DNA of 45,585 nucleotides from Eubacteriales bacterium (GCA_045659845.1 JAZRCQ010000081.1:1-45585), one strand, 5' to 3'; shown: positions 33,154 to 42,112, counted from the stretch's first letter. Numbers and translations are program-made. Notes: generated from the sequence alone by a model not told the origin.

Positions 33154-34401
33154 ATGAATCAACCATATCAGATCGCAAAGAAACAGTACGCCGAGCTCGG
33201 CATTGACACCGAGGCGGTATTGAATACGCTTGCGGGTGTGCCGATCTCCCTGCATTGCTGGCAGGGCGACGACGTGCGCGGCTTCGATGGCGACGGCGCG
33301 CCGGACGGTGGCATTCAGGCCACGGGCAACTATATGGGCAGAGCAAGAACGCCCGACGAGCTGATGGCGGACATCGACAAGGTGCTTTCTCTCAATGGCG
33401 GCGCGCATAAGCTCAATCTGCACGCCTGCTATGCGATCTTTGATGAAAGCAATCGAGCCGACCGCGATGCGCTTCGCCCCGAGCATTTTGCAAAATGGGT
33501 GGAGTTTGCAAAGGAGAGAGGCATGGGCATTGATTTCAATCCCACCTTCTTCTCGCATCCCAAGGCCAAGGGGCTCACGCTTTCCTCGCCCGATGAGGAG
33601 ATCCGCTCCTTCTGGGTGCGCCACGGCATCGCTTGCCTCAAAATTTCGGAATACTTCGCCAAGGAAACGGGCGTTCCCTGCGTGATGAACGTCTGGATCC
33701 CCGACGGCTACAAGGATATCCCCGCCGATCGCATCGGCCCTCGCGCCAGATTTATGAAATCCATGGACGAGATCCTTGCCACGCCCTACGATAAGAGCCT
33801 TGTGTTCGTCACCCTTGAATCCAAGGTGTTCGGCATCGGCCTGGAGTCCTACACCGTCGGCTCTGCGGAATTCGGCATGGGCTACGTTCTCTCCCGCGGC
33901 ATCGTTCCGCTGATGGACAACGGCCATTATCATCCCACCGAGATGGTTTCCGATAAAATTTCCTCCATGCTTCTGTTCTCCGAGAAGCTGGCGCTCCACG
34001 TCACCCGTGCGGTGCGCTGGGATAGCGACCACGTGATCCGTTTGGACGACGAGACAAAGGAGATCGCCAAGGAGATCGTGGCCAGCGGAAGAATGAAAGA
34101 TATTTTCATTGCGCTGGACTATTTCGATGCGAGCATCAATCGGATCGCGGCATGGACGGTTGGTCTGCGCAATTTCAGAAAGGCGCTCCTGATCGCCCTG
34201 CTCACGCCGCACGGGCGGATGAAGCAGCTGCAGGATGAGGGAGCACTCACGGAGCTGTTGGTTCTGCAGGAGGAGCTGAAGGGCTATCCTTGGGGAGCCG
34301 TGTATGAGGAATATTGCCGTCGAACCGGCGTGCCGACGGACGGCCGCTGGCTGGAGACGGTTCGAGAATATGAAAATACTGTTCTGAGAAACAGAGGATA
34401 A
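33154..34401 (+). CDS. rhaA: L-rhamnose isomerase
   Basis: AAAGGAGAA RBS. 415 aa. N-terminus ...ISLHCWQGDDVRGF and HYHPTE are typical of RhaA. Confidence 0.9.
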   Translation: MNQPYQIAKKQYAELGIDTEAVLNTLAGVPISLHCWQGDDVRGFDGDGAPDGGIQATGNYMGRARTPDELMADIDKVLSLNGGAHKLNLHACYAIFDESNRADRDALRPEHFAKWVEFAKERGMGIDFNPTFFSHPKAKGLTLSSPDEEIRSFWVRHGIACLKISEYFAKETGVPCVMNVWIPDGYKDIPADRIGPRARFMKSMDEILATPYDKSLVFVTLESKVFGIGLESYTVGSAEFGMGYVLSRGIVPLMDNGHYHPTEMVSDKISSMLLFSEKLALHVTRAVRWDSDHVIRLDDETKEIAKEIVASGRMKDIFIALDYFDASINRIAAWTVGLRNFRKALLIALLTPHGRMKQLQDEGALTELLVLQEELKGYPWGAVYEEYCRRTGVPTDGRWLETVREYENTVLRNRG

Positions 34402-34413
34402 GGAGAAACGATA

Positions 34414-35250
34414 ATGAAGGTATTGGAAAGCGCGTTTGCGAAAAGCTTTGCAAAATTTGCCGATGACGGCTGGAAGATGGGATATCATGAGAGAAACGGC
34501 GGCAATCTGTCCTACCGCATTCCCGCAGAGGACGTTGCGGCTGTGAAGGAGGATCTGGATTTCACGCGGCCGTGGCAGGAGATCGGAACCGAGGTCAAGG
34601 GCTTGGCCGGTGAATACTTTATGGTCACCGGCTCCGGCAAATATTTTGCCAACGTTCTTGCCGATCCGAGGGCAAACTGCTGCGTGATCGAGGTGGACGA
34701 AACGGGCACGAAGTATCGCATTCTGTGGGGGCTCGAGGCGGGCGGCAGACCGACAAGTGAACTGCCCACGCATCTGATGAACCATGAGGTGAAGAAGGCG
34801 GCAACGGGCGGCAAGCACCGTCTCATCTATCATTGCCATCCCGTGAACGTGATCGCCATGAGCTGCGTTCTGCCGCTCACCGATAAGGATTTCACGCTGG
34901 CTCTTTGGCAGAATATGACCGAGTGCGCCATCGTGTTTGGCGACGGCGTCGGCGTGCTTCCCTGGATGGTTTGCGGCGGCAGAGAGATCGCGGTTGCAAC
35001 GGCAGAGAAGATCAAGTCCTACAACGTGGTGATCTGGGCACAGCACGGCATCTTCTGCGCGGGCAACGATTTTGATGAGACCTTCGGCCTTTGTCACACG
35101 GTGGAAAAGAGCGCGGAGATCTTCGTTCGCGTGGCCTCTATGACGGGCGGACTGCAGAAGCGTCAGGTGATCACCAATGAAAACTTCAAGGAGCTCAGCG
35201 ATCTCGCCGTTTACTTCGGATCGAGCATCTCCAAGGATTTTCTGGATTGA
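34414..35250 (+). CDS. rhaD: Rhamnulose-1-phosphate aldolase (class II aldolase)
   Basis: 278 aa. Motifs GWKMGYHERNGGNLSYRI, YHCHPVNVIAM, WAQHGIFCAG. Confidence 0.85.
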   Translation: MKVLESAFAKSFAKFADDGWKMGYHERNGGNLSYRIPAEDVAAVKEDLDFTRPWQEIGTEVKGLAGEYFMVTGSGKYFANVLADPRANCCVIEVDETGTKYRILWGLEAGGRPTSELPTHLMNHEVKKAATGGKHRLIYHCHPVNVIAMSCVLPLTDKDFTLALWQNMTECAIVFGDGVGVLPWMVCGGREIAVATAEKIKSYNVVIWAQHGIFCAGNDFDETFGLCHTVEKSAEIFVRVASMTGGLQKRQVITNENFKELSDLAVYFGSSISKDFLD

Positions 35251-35314
35251 TTTGGGAGGGCGCGGCTCCGTTTGAAGCCCTGCTGAGGAGCTTTGAAGCG
35301 GACGAGCCTATCGA

Positions 35315-35370
35315 AGGCACCCACAGAGAGCGAGCGCATCGCTTTCTGTGGGTGCTTTATGCTTTCGTTT
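35315..35370 (+). terminator. Rho-independent terminator of the rha operon
   Basis: GCACCCACAGAGAGC... pairs with ...GCTTTCTGTGGGTGC (35315..35355, about 15 bp). Followed by TTTATGCTTTCGTTT. Confidence 0.8.
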
Positions 35371-35393
35371 GCGGATGCAATGCCGCGGAGTAC

Positions 35394-35422
35394 TTGACAA
35401 ACCGATGGGGGAGTGGTATAAT
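35394..35422 (+). promoter_or_regulatory. Perfect consensus promoter with extended -10
   Basis: TTGACA (35394..35399), 17-nt spacer, TGgTATAAT (35414..35422). Confidence 0.7.
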
Positions 35423-35470
35423 GTGGCTGAATCCGTTGGAAGCGTGTTCCAACAAAAAGGGAGGTTTGAC

Positions 35471-37078
35471 ATGAAGGTTTGTGTAATACAGCCGCTTTAT
35501 TCCGTGAACTATGATAGCTCCGAGGCGTTTTTTGAGGCGCAGCTGGAGCTGATGGACCGTTGCGACGAGAGCATGGATCTGATCGTGATGCCCGAATCCT
35601 GCGATATTCCTTGCCTGGCAAAAACGGCAGAGGAGGCGAAGCGCTCCACCGAGCGATTTCGGGAGCGCATCTTGCAGAAGGCCTCCGAAACGGCGGTGCG
35701 ATGCAATGCGATCCTGTTTGTGAATGCCCGCTCCTATGAGGAGAGTGAAAGCGGAAGAAACACCACCTATGCCATCGATCGCCGAGGCGTTGTGGTGGGC
35801 AAGTATTTCAAGCATCATCTCACGCCGGGAGAGGTTGCCGTGATGGGGTTGGACGATAGCTATGCCATGGTGCCCTCCGAGCCCACGGTGCTGGAGCTGG
35901 AGGGGCTCCGCTTCGCCTTCCTCACCTGCTATGATTTCTATTTCTATGAGTATTTTGCCAAGCTGGCACGATGCGGTGTGGATGTGATCATCGGCTGCAG
36001 CCACCAGAGAAGCGACACGCATCTCGCGCTGGAGATCTTTTCGCAGAATCTTGCCTATCAGACCAATGCCTACGTGGTTCGCGCCTCTGTTTCCATGGGG
36101 GAGGGATCCGCGCTGGGCGGAGGCTCGATGGTGGTGGCACCCACCGGCGAGGTTTTGTTCGACATGAAGAGCCGCGTGGGGCTGGAAACGGCGGAGATCG
36201 ATCCGAGCGTCAAATACCTCAAGCCTGCGGGCTTTGGAAATCCGCCTTCCGCGCATTATGAGTATATCGAAAAGGGGCGCCGCCCGTGGACCTACCGTCC
36301 TGCGGGAAGCGCGGTGGTGCTTCCCGATGCCGCCATGCCCTATCCCAGAACCTGCGCGCATCGCGGATTTAACACCGTGTTGCCCGAAAACAGCCTGCCT
36401 GCCTACGGTGCCGCCGTGGCAATGGGGGCGGAGGAGATCGAATTCGATCTGTGGTTCACGAAGGATGGGGAGATCGTTTCCATCCATGATTCCACGCTGG
36501 AGCGCGTGTCGAACGGCACGGGAAAGGTGTGGGAGCATACGCTGGCGGAGCTTCGGGCCTTGGATTTCGGCAGTAAGCGCGGCGACGCGTTCGCGGGCAT
36601 GCAGATCCCAACCTTTGAAGAGATCCTGCAGAAATTCGCTTGTCACTGTGTGATGAATATCCATCTGAAATCGGAGGGCGAACGGCCGGAGGATCTGGCA
36701 AAGGTGGTGCGCTTGATCGAGAAATACGATTGTGAGAAGTACGTTTATTTCACAACGGGTGTCGACACTCTGCTGGATCGTTTGCAAAGGGAGCATCCGC
36801 AGATCACAAGATGCTGCGGCGGCGGCAAGGACAAGTGGGGCATCGTGGAGCGTGCCATCCGCTACGATTGCAAGAAGCTGCAGCTTTTCAAGCCCTATTT
36901 CAATCAGGAGATGATCGACAAGGCGCATGCCCACGGCATTGAGTGCAACGTGTTCTGGTCGGACGATCCGGAGGAGACCGAGCGTTTTCTGGACATGGGC
37001 ATCGACGTGATCCTCACCAACGATTATCACAGGGTCGCCACCGTGGTGAACCGCAGAAAAAAATATCAGCTTCCCTGA
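35471..37078 (+). CDS. Fusion protein: carbon-nitrogen hydrolase (nitrilase superfamily) domain + GDPD domain
   Basis: GGGAGG RBS. The N-terminal half has the E-K-C triad context (IVMPE; KHHL; AFLTCYDFYFYE). From about nt 36341 a GDPD domain follows (CAHRGFNTVLPENS, EIEFDLWFTKDGEIVSIHDSTLERVSNGTG). Confidence 0.75.
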   Translation: MKVCVIQPLYSVNYDSSEAFFEAQLELMDRCDESMDLIVMPESCDIPCLAKTAEEAKRSTERFRERILQKASETAVRCNAILFVNARSYEESESGRNTTYAIDRRGVVVGKYFKHHLTPGEVAVMGLDDSYAMVPSEPTVLELEGLRFAFLTCYDFYFYEYFAKLARCGVDVIIGCSHQRSDTHLALEIFSQNLAYQTNAYVVRASVSMGEGSALGGGSMVVAPTGEVLFDMKSRVGLETAEIDPSVKYLKPAGFGNPPSAHYEYIEKGRRPWTYRPAGSAVVLPDAAMPYPRTCAHRGFNTVLPENSLPAYGAAVAMGAEEIEFDLWFTKDGEIVSIHDSTLERVSNGTGKVWEHTLAELRALDFGSKRGDAFAGMQIPTFEEILQKFACHCVMNIHLKSEGERPEDLAKVVRLIEKYDCEKYVYFTTGVDTLLDRLQREHPQITRCCGGGKDKWGIVERAIRYDCKKLQLFKPYFNQEMIDKAHAHGIECNVFWSDDPEETERFLDMGIDVILTNDYHRVATVVNRRKKYQLP

Positions 37079-37126
37079 CCGAAGAGCGGCTGCTCTGCAC
37101 CCGCAATATGAAAAGGAGAGAACGTT

Positions 37127-37981
37127 ATGTTTCAATTTCCCATTGGCGTGATCCTCGATTCCTTCCGCACGGACACCGCCACCGCCATTGAAAAGGCCGC
37201 CGCGCTGGGCGCGGACGGCGTGCAGCTTTATTGCACCAAGGGGGAGAACAGCCCCGAAAATCTCACGCCCGCCAAGCGCAGAGAGCTTCTGGATCGGGTG
37301 ACCTCGGCAGGATTGCGCTTTTCGGCGCTTTGCGGAGATCTGGGGGAAGGTTTTTTCCGCCCGGAGCGGAATCCCGAGCTGATCGAGCGCTCCAAGCGGA
37401 TCCTGGATCTCGCCAAGGATCTGCAAACCGACATCGTAACCACCCACATCGGCGTGGTGCCGGAGGATCCCCGCGCAGAGCGCTACGGTATCATGCAGGA
37501 GGCCTGCTTTGAGCTTTCCCGCTACGCTGACAGCATCGGATCGCATTTCGCCATTGAAACGGGGCCTGAGACCTCGGCGGTGCTGAAGCGGTTTCTCGAC
37601 GGTCTGTATTCCAAGGGCGTTGCCGTGAATCTCGATCCCGCCAACCTCGTGATGGTCACGGGGGACGACCCCGTGCAGGCGGTCTACAATCTGAAGGACT
37701 ATATCGTGCATACCCACGCCAAGGACGGCGTGATGCTCCATCGCACCAATCCGGAGTATATCTACAGAGTCACGCCCCGTCCCGAGGATCTGGAGGGCAT
37801 CCGGTTTTTCCACGAGGTGCCGCTGGGAGAGGGAAGCGTGGATTTCAAGGCCTATCTGAAGGCATTGGAGGACATTGGATATCGGGGCTTCCTCACCATC
37901 GAGCGCGAGGCGGGGGAGGATCCTGCCGCCGACATTCGGATCGCCAAGGAGCATCTGCTTCGGGTGATCGCGGAAAATTAA
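37127..37981 (+). CDS. Sugar phosphate isomerase/epimerase (xylose isomerase-like TIM barrel)
   Basis: AAAGGAGAG RBS. 284 aa. FAIETG, NLDPANL, HTHAKD and TIERE are typical of this barrel family (from memory). Confidence 0.7.
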   Translation: MFQFPIGVILDSFRTDTATAIEKAAALGADGVQLYCTKGENSPENLTPAKRRELLDRVTSAGLRFSALCGDLGEGFFRPERNPELIERSKRILDLAKDLQTDIVTTHIGVVPEDPRAERYGIMQEACFELSRYADSIGSHFAIETGPETSAVLKRFLDGLYSKGVAVNLDPANLVMVTGDDPVQAVYNLKDYIVHTHAKDGVMLHRTNPEYIYRVTPRPEDLEGIRFFHEVPLGEGSVDFKAYLKALEDIGYRGFLTIEREAGEDPAADIRIAKEHLLRVIAEN

Positions 37982-37996
37982 ATCCCAAAAACAAAG

Positions 37997-38037
37997 GAGC
38001 AGATCCCAAGGCGCGGAGCCTTGGGATCTGCTCTTTA
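37997..38037. terminator. Bidirectional rho-independent terminator between convergent genes
   Basis: 15-bp stem: GAGCAGATCCCAAGG (37997..38011) pairs with CCTTGGGATCTGCTC (38019..38033), followed by TTTAT. The minus strand reads CTTTGTTTTTGGG after the stem. Confidence 0.85.
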
Positions 38038-38048
38038 TGAAGGAAGGA

Positions 38049-39056
38049 TCATCTGCCCATCGTGGCGGCGGCCTTTTTCAGCATCTCGCGGATGGGAAGC
38101 TCATAGGGGCAACGGCTCTCGCAGATGCCGCAGTCGATGCAATCCGAGGCAACCTTGGGAAGCTGCGCGTAGCGGTCGCGCGCCCAGTCCTTCAGATCGT
38201 AGCGGCTATAGTAGCCCTCGAAGAGGAACACCGCAGAGATGTTGATCCCTGCCGTGCAGGGGGCGCAGTAGTTGCAGCGACGGCAGAAATTCGTGCCCAG
38301 CTGCTCGCGGATCCTGCCGATGCTTTGTTGCTCCTCCTCGGTCAGAGGAGAGGTGTCGGCGGTGGCGGCGGCATTCTGCACCACCTCTGCGGCCTCTGCC
38401 ATGCCGGGGATCACCACCGTGACGCTCGGATTGTTCAGAATGAAGCGCATGGCCACGCGGGCATCCTCAATGGCGCCGCCGGCCATGGGCTTCATGCAGA
38501 TGAAGCCAACGTTATGCTCGGCGCAACGGCTGATCAGCTCCTCGCCCTGCGTTTCCACCACGTTGTAGGGAAACATCACGGTCTCCACCCAAGGAAGCTC
38601 CACGGCGCGGCGGAAGAGGTCTACGGAATGGAGCGTGATGCCGATGTGGCCGATCTTGCCCGCGGCCTTGGCCTCCAGCAATGCCTCCAGCGCGCCGCCG
38701 GGGGCTGTCACCTGCTCCAGATCCTTGGCGGCGGGATTGTGGATCTGATAGAGGTCGATGTAGTCGGTGCGGAGATTTTTGAGGCTGACGTCGATGTCGG
38801 CGGCCATAGCCTCCTTGGTGCGCGCCATGCTTTTGGTGGCCAGCACAAACCGATCCCGCACGCCCTCCAGCGCATAGCCGAGATACTCCTCGCTCACGGT
38901 GTAGCCGCGAGCCGTGTCGATGAAATTCACGCCTTCCTTCAGCAGCACGCCGATGAGAGCCTTGGTGCCCTCGGCATCGATCTTCTGGATCGGAATGCCG
39001 CCCAATCCCAAGCGGGAGATCTGAAGTCCGGTCTTTCCTAAAATCCTGTATTCCAC
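38049..39056 (-). CDS. Aldo/keto reductase with a C-terminal 2x[4Fe-4S] ferredoxin-like domain
   Basis: GTG start at 39056 follows AAGGAGG (VEYRILGKTGLQISRLGLGG). AKR core present. C-terminal CRRCNYCAPC and CIDCGICESRCP. Confidence 0.85.
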   Translation of the reverse strand: MEYRILGKTGLQISRLGLGGIPIQKIDAEGTKALIGVLLKEGVNFIDTARGYTVSEEYLGYALEGVRDRFVLATKSMARTKEAMAADIDVSLKNLRTDYIDLYQIHNPAAKDLEQVTAPGGALEALLEAKAAGKIGHIGITLHSVDLFRRAVELPWVETVMFPYNVVETQGEELISRCAEHNVGFICMKPMAGGAIEDARVAMRFILNNPSVTVVIPGMAEAAEVVQNAAATADTSPLTEEEQQSIGRIREQLGTNFCRRCNYCAPCTAGINISAVFLFEGYYSRYDLKDWARDRYAQLPKVASDCIDCGICESRCPYELPIREMLKKAAATMGR

Positions 39057-39098
39057 GGGTTGCCTCCTTCGGGTTGATTTGATAGCCTTGTCCTCTTC

Positions 39099-39127
39099 AT
39101 TATACCACGGGACATCCGTTTTTTCAA
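39099..39127 (-). promoter_or_regulatory. Promoter of the AKR gene (minus strand)
   Basis: The minus strand reads TTGAAA (39127..39122), 17-nt spacer, TGgTATAAT (-10 at 39104..39099). Confidence 0.6.
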
Positions 39128-39197
39128 CAGCTTTTTTGCAGATTTTGGGGAAGAACGGTGCAGAAGCCTGCGAAAGCACCTTTTTTCGACCGACATC

Positions 39198-39226
39198 TTG
39201 ACAAACTCTACATTATGTGATAGAAT
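39198..39226 (+). promoter_or_regulatory. Promoter of the CNNM pair
   Basis: TTGACA (39198..39203), 17-nt spacer, TGaTAGAAT (39218..39226). Confidence 0.65.
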
Positions 39227-39290
39227 GATAGGCAGTATGGCCTTGAGTGGATCGAGGTCAACGAATAAAAGTAAAGGAGTATTTTTTTTC

Positions 39291-40631
39291 ATGGGTAGCG
39301 ACAGTATACCTTTATGGATCCTGTTTGTTGTTTGTGTCATCGGAGGGGCCTATTTTGCGGCCACGGAAAGCTCTTTCTCTGCGGTGAATAAGATCAAGAT
39401 CAAGTCTATGGCCGACGACGGAAATCGCCGCGCCAAGGGCGTGATGGTGATCCTGAACAAGTTTGAGAGGGCTCTCACCACCCTTTTGCTGGGAAATAAT
39501 ATCACGAAGATTGCAGGTGCGGCGGTGTTCACGCTGCTCGCCACCGATTTCTTCCGCGACACCCTGCACAAGGATGAGCATTTCCTCGATTCCTTCACCT
39601 TCTCCATGATCTGCTCGGTCTGCAGCACGGTGATCATCTTCCTCTTCAGCGAAATGATCCCCAAAAGCTTCGCAAACGACCGGAGCGAAAGCGTCTCCCT
39701 CTTTTTTCAGGGCTCGCTTCGGTTTCTGATGCGGATCCTGGCACCCCTTGCCGCCTTTTTCAATATGATCTCCTCGTTTGCCGCCAAGCTCTTTTCCCGC
39801 GGCGAGGCTGAGCCCTCCATCACGGAGGACGAGCTTTCCGAGATCATCGAAACGGCCGAGGAGGAGGGCGTGGTGGACGAGGAGCAGAGTGATATGCTGA
39901 GATCGGCTCTGGAGTTTTCCAAAACCACGGTGGACGAGATCATGACCATGGAAAAGGATATCGATTTTATCCGCTTGGGCGACAGCACCGAGGAGATCCT
40001 GCAGGCCGTGCTTGCCACAAACCATTCCCGCTTACCCGTGAAGGCCGCGAATTCCGACCGCGTGATCGGCATTCTGCGAACCCGTGCGTTTCTGAGCGAA
40101 TACAAAAAAAATCCCGCTTTTTCCATCCGAAAGGTGCTTTCCAAGCCCTATATCGTGCGCGAAAAGGCAAAGATCGACGATCTGCTCAACGATATGCGCC
40201 AGCATAAGCTGCAGCTGGCCGTGGTGCAGGACGAGAACCGCCGCGTGGTGGGGCTTGTCACCATCGAGGACATTCTGGAGGAGCTGGTTGGAGAGATCTT
40301 CGACGAGGAGGACGAAGTGGATCAGAACTTCCAAACCCTTGGCGGAAACAAATATATGATCAACACCCATATGCTGGTTGGCGAGGCCTACGAGCGCATG
40401 GGACTGGGCAAGGCGCCTCGCGGCGTCGCCTCCAAGCCTCTGCTTTCTCTGATTCTGGAAACGCTCGGGCGGATCCCGAGCGAGGACGAGAGCTTTTTGC
40501 TGGGCAATCTGGAGGTGTCGGTAAAAACGGTTGTAGACGGCCGCGTTACCGAGGTGCTGGTGCATATTCTGGATGAAGAGGCATTGGCCGCCATGGTTGC
40601 CGCCGCGCAGGGAGAGGAGGTGCAGGCATGA
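39291..40631 (+). CDS. CNNM/CorC-HlyC family transporter ('hemolysin family protein': DUF21 + CBS pair + CorC_HlyC)
   Basis: AAGGAG RBS. N-terminal TM domain ...AYFAATESSFSAVNKIKI. EEEGVVDEEQSDMLRSALEFSKTTVDEIMT linker. CBS region followed by a C-terminal CorC-type domain. Confidence 0.85.
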   Translation: MGSDSIPLWILFVVCVIGGAYFAATESSFSAVNKIKIKSMADDGNRRAKGVMVILNKFERALTTLLLGNNITKIAGAAVFTLLATDFFRDTLHKDEHFLDSFTFSMICSVCSTVIIFLFSEMIPKSFANDRSESVSLFFQGSLRFLMRILAPLAAFFNMISSFAAKLFSRGEAEPSITEDELSEIIETAEEEGVVDEEQSDMLRSALEFSKTTVDEIMTMEKDIDFIRLGDSTEEILQAVLATNHSRLPVKAANSDRVIGILRTRAFLSEYKKNPAFSIRKVLSKPYIVREKAKIDDLLNDMRQHKLQLAVVQDENRRVVGLVTIEDILEELVGEIFDEEDEVDQNFQTLGGNKYMINTHMLVGEAYERMGLGKAPRGVASKPLLSLILETLGRIPSEDESFLLGNLEVSVKTVVDGRVTEVLVHILDEEALAAMVAAAQGEEVQA

Positions 40632-41941
40632 GCTTTGCTGAGCATTTTTCTCATATGTGGTGGGCCTACGTGGTCATTTTCGTGATGATCTGCCTCTCGG
40701 CCTATTTCTCTGCCTCCGAGATCGCCTTCAACTCCTCCAATAAAATGCGCTTGCGTCGCGCCGCTGAGGGGGGCTGCAAAACGGCGGCTCTGGCTTATCG
40801 GATCGGAGAGCATTTCACGGTCTCGCTTTCCGCGATCCTGATCGGAAACAATCTGGCCAATATCGCGGTTTCCACCTGCAGCACGCTGATCGTGATGGAT
40901 CTGTTTTCCAACAACGTGGCGCTTGCCTCCACGATCACCACCATTCTCGTGACCGTTGTGATCCTGATCTTCGGTGAGATCGTTCCGAAAAACCTTTCCA
41001 AGCAGAATGCCGACACGGTTGCCTGCTGGGTGGCGATCCCCACGCGGATCCTGACCATTCTTCTGAGCCCCTTCGTGTTTGTGGTGATGGCGCTTCTGTT
41101 TTTGCTTCGCAAGATCTGGGGAAGCGACCGCCGCGACGATGCCCCCACCGTGACCGAGCAGGAGCTGGCCACCATCATCGACACCGTTGAGGAGGAGGGC
41201 GTGATCGGCGAGGAGCAGAGCGAGCTTTTGCAATCCACGCTGGAGTTCCATGATATCTCCATTGAAAAGATCATGACGCCTCGCATCGACATGACGGCGA
41301 TCGACATCAATGAGGATCGCGAAAAGCTGTTGGCACTTCTTTCCGACGCGTCGCAGTTCTCCCGTCTCCCCGTTTATGAGGACAGCATCGATAATATCAT
41401 CGGCATCCTCTCCCTCACGCGCTACCATAAGGCGAGCATGGAGGTGAGCGAGCCTGATCTGCGCGGACTTCTGCTCAAGCCCTGCAAGCTGCACAAGACC
41501 ATGCGCCTGCCGGCGGCTCTTGCCAAGCTTCGTGAGGCCAAGATGCACCTTGCCATCGTGATCGACGAATTCGGCGGCACGCTGGGCGTGGTGACGATGG
41601 AGGATATTCTGGAGGAGCTGGTTGGCGACATTTGGGACGACACCGACGTGATCGTGACCGAATGCATTGCCACGGGCGAGAACACCTTCGACGTGCTGGG
41701 AGAAATGAACATCGACGATTTCTTTGAGGAGATCGATTTTGTGAAGCCTGCCACCTTCACCTGCGAATACTCTACCATGGGCGGATGGGCCATTGAAATG
41801 CTGGAGGCCGATCCCCACGTTGGCGATAGCTTCCGCTATGAAAATTTGTTTGTGATCGTTTCTCACATGGAGGAGGAGCGCGTTACCAAGCTCACCGTTC
41901 TCATCGAGGCCAAGCCCGTTGAAAACGAGGAGATGGAGTGA
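40628..41941 (+). CDS. Second CNNM/CorC-HlyC family transporter (tandem paralog)
   Basis: The start overlaps the upstream stop (ATGA 40628..40631). Same architecture: SAYFSASEIAFNSSNKMRL; EEEGVIGEEQSELLQSTLEFHDISIEKIMT. Confidence 0.85.
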   Translation: MSFAEHFSHMWWAYVVIFVMICLSAYFSASEIAFNSSNKMRLRRAAEGGCKTAALAYRIGEHFTVSLSAILIGNNLANIAVSTCSTLIVMDLFSNNVALASTITTILVTVVILIFGEIVPKNLSKQNADTVACWVAIPTRILTILLSPFVFVVMALLFLLRKIWGSDRRDDAPTVTEQELATIIDTVEEEGVIGEEQSELLQSTLEFHDISIEKIMTPRIDMTAIDINEDREKLLALLSDASQFSRLPVYEDSIDNIIGILSLTRYHKASMEVSEPDLRGLLLKPCKLHKTMRLPAALAKLREAKMHLAIVIDEFGGTLGVVTMEDILEELVGDIWDDTDVIVTECIATGENTFDVLGEMNIDDFFEEIDFVKPATFTCEYSTMGGWAIEMLEADPHVGDSFRYENLFVIVSHMEEERVTKLTVLIEAKPVENEEME

Positions 41942-41962
41942 GCGCAAATATCCCTTCGGGCA

Positions 41963-42013
41963 AAGGGCCTCGCCGCATCCGATCGGCGAGGCCCTTTCGA
42001 TGTCTCGTTTTTT
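41963..42013 (+). terminator. Rho-independent terminator
   Basis: AAAGGGCCTCGCCG (41963..41976) pairs with CGGCGAGGCCCTTT (41985..41998). Followed by CGATGTCTCGTTTTTT. Confidence 0.75.
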
Positions 42014-42054
42014 GAGACAATTTCGCGGGAAGGACTGAAAATTTTGAAAATGGG

Positions 42055-42083
42055 TTGCGCGGAGCGTCAACCTATGGTATAAT
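42055..42083 (+). promoter_or_regulatory. Extended -10 promoter
   Basis: TTGCGC (42055..42060), 17-nt spacer, TGgTATAAT (42075..42083). Confidence 0.55.
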
Positions 42084-42112
42084 GAAACGAAAAGAGAAAA
42101 GGGAGGATCGGT

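Noticed and set aside
31497-37954. Minus-strand ORFs 31497..33125 (542 aa), 33007..35097 (696 aa) and 35357..37954 (865 aa)
   Set aside because: They are antisense to rhaB, rhaA, rhaD, the CN-hydrolase::GDPD fusion and the TIM-barrel gene. The last also runs straight through a predicted promoter and terminator. All are shadow ORFs.
38037-39041. 334-aa + strand ORF
   Set aside because: It is antisense to the aldo/keto reductase-ferredoxin gene, which has a clean RBS and GTG start plus AKR and Fe-S motifs. The + frame is Gly/Ala/His-rich.
39291-41941. Reading the 'hemolysin family' genes as virulence or cytolysin factors
   Set aside because: The architecture is DUF21 + CBS pair + CorC_HlyC, which marks the CNNM/CorC cation-transporter family. 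The hemolysin label is historical.
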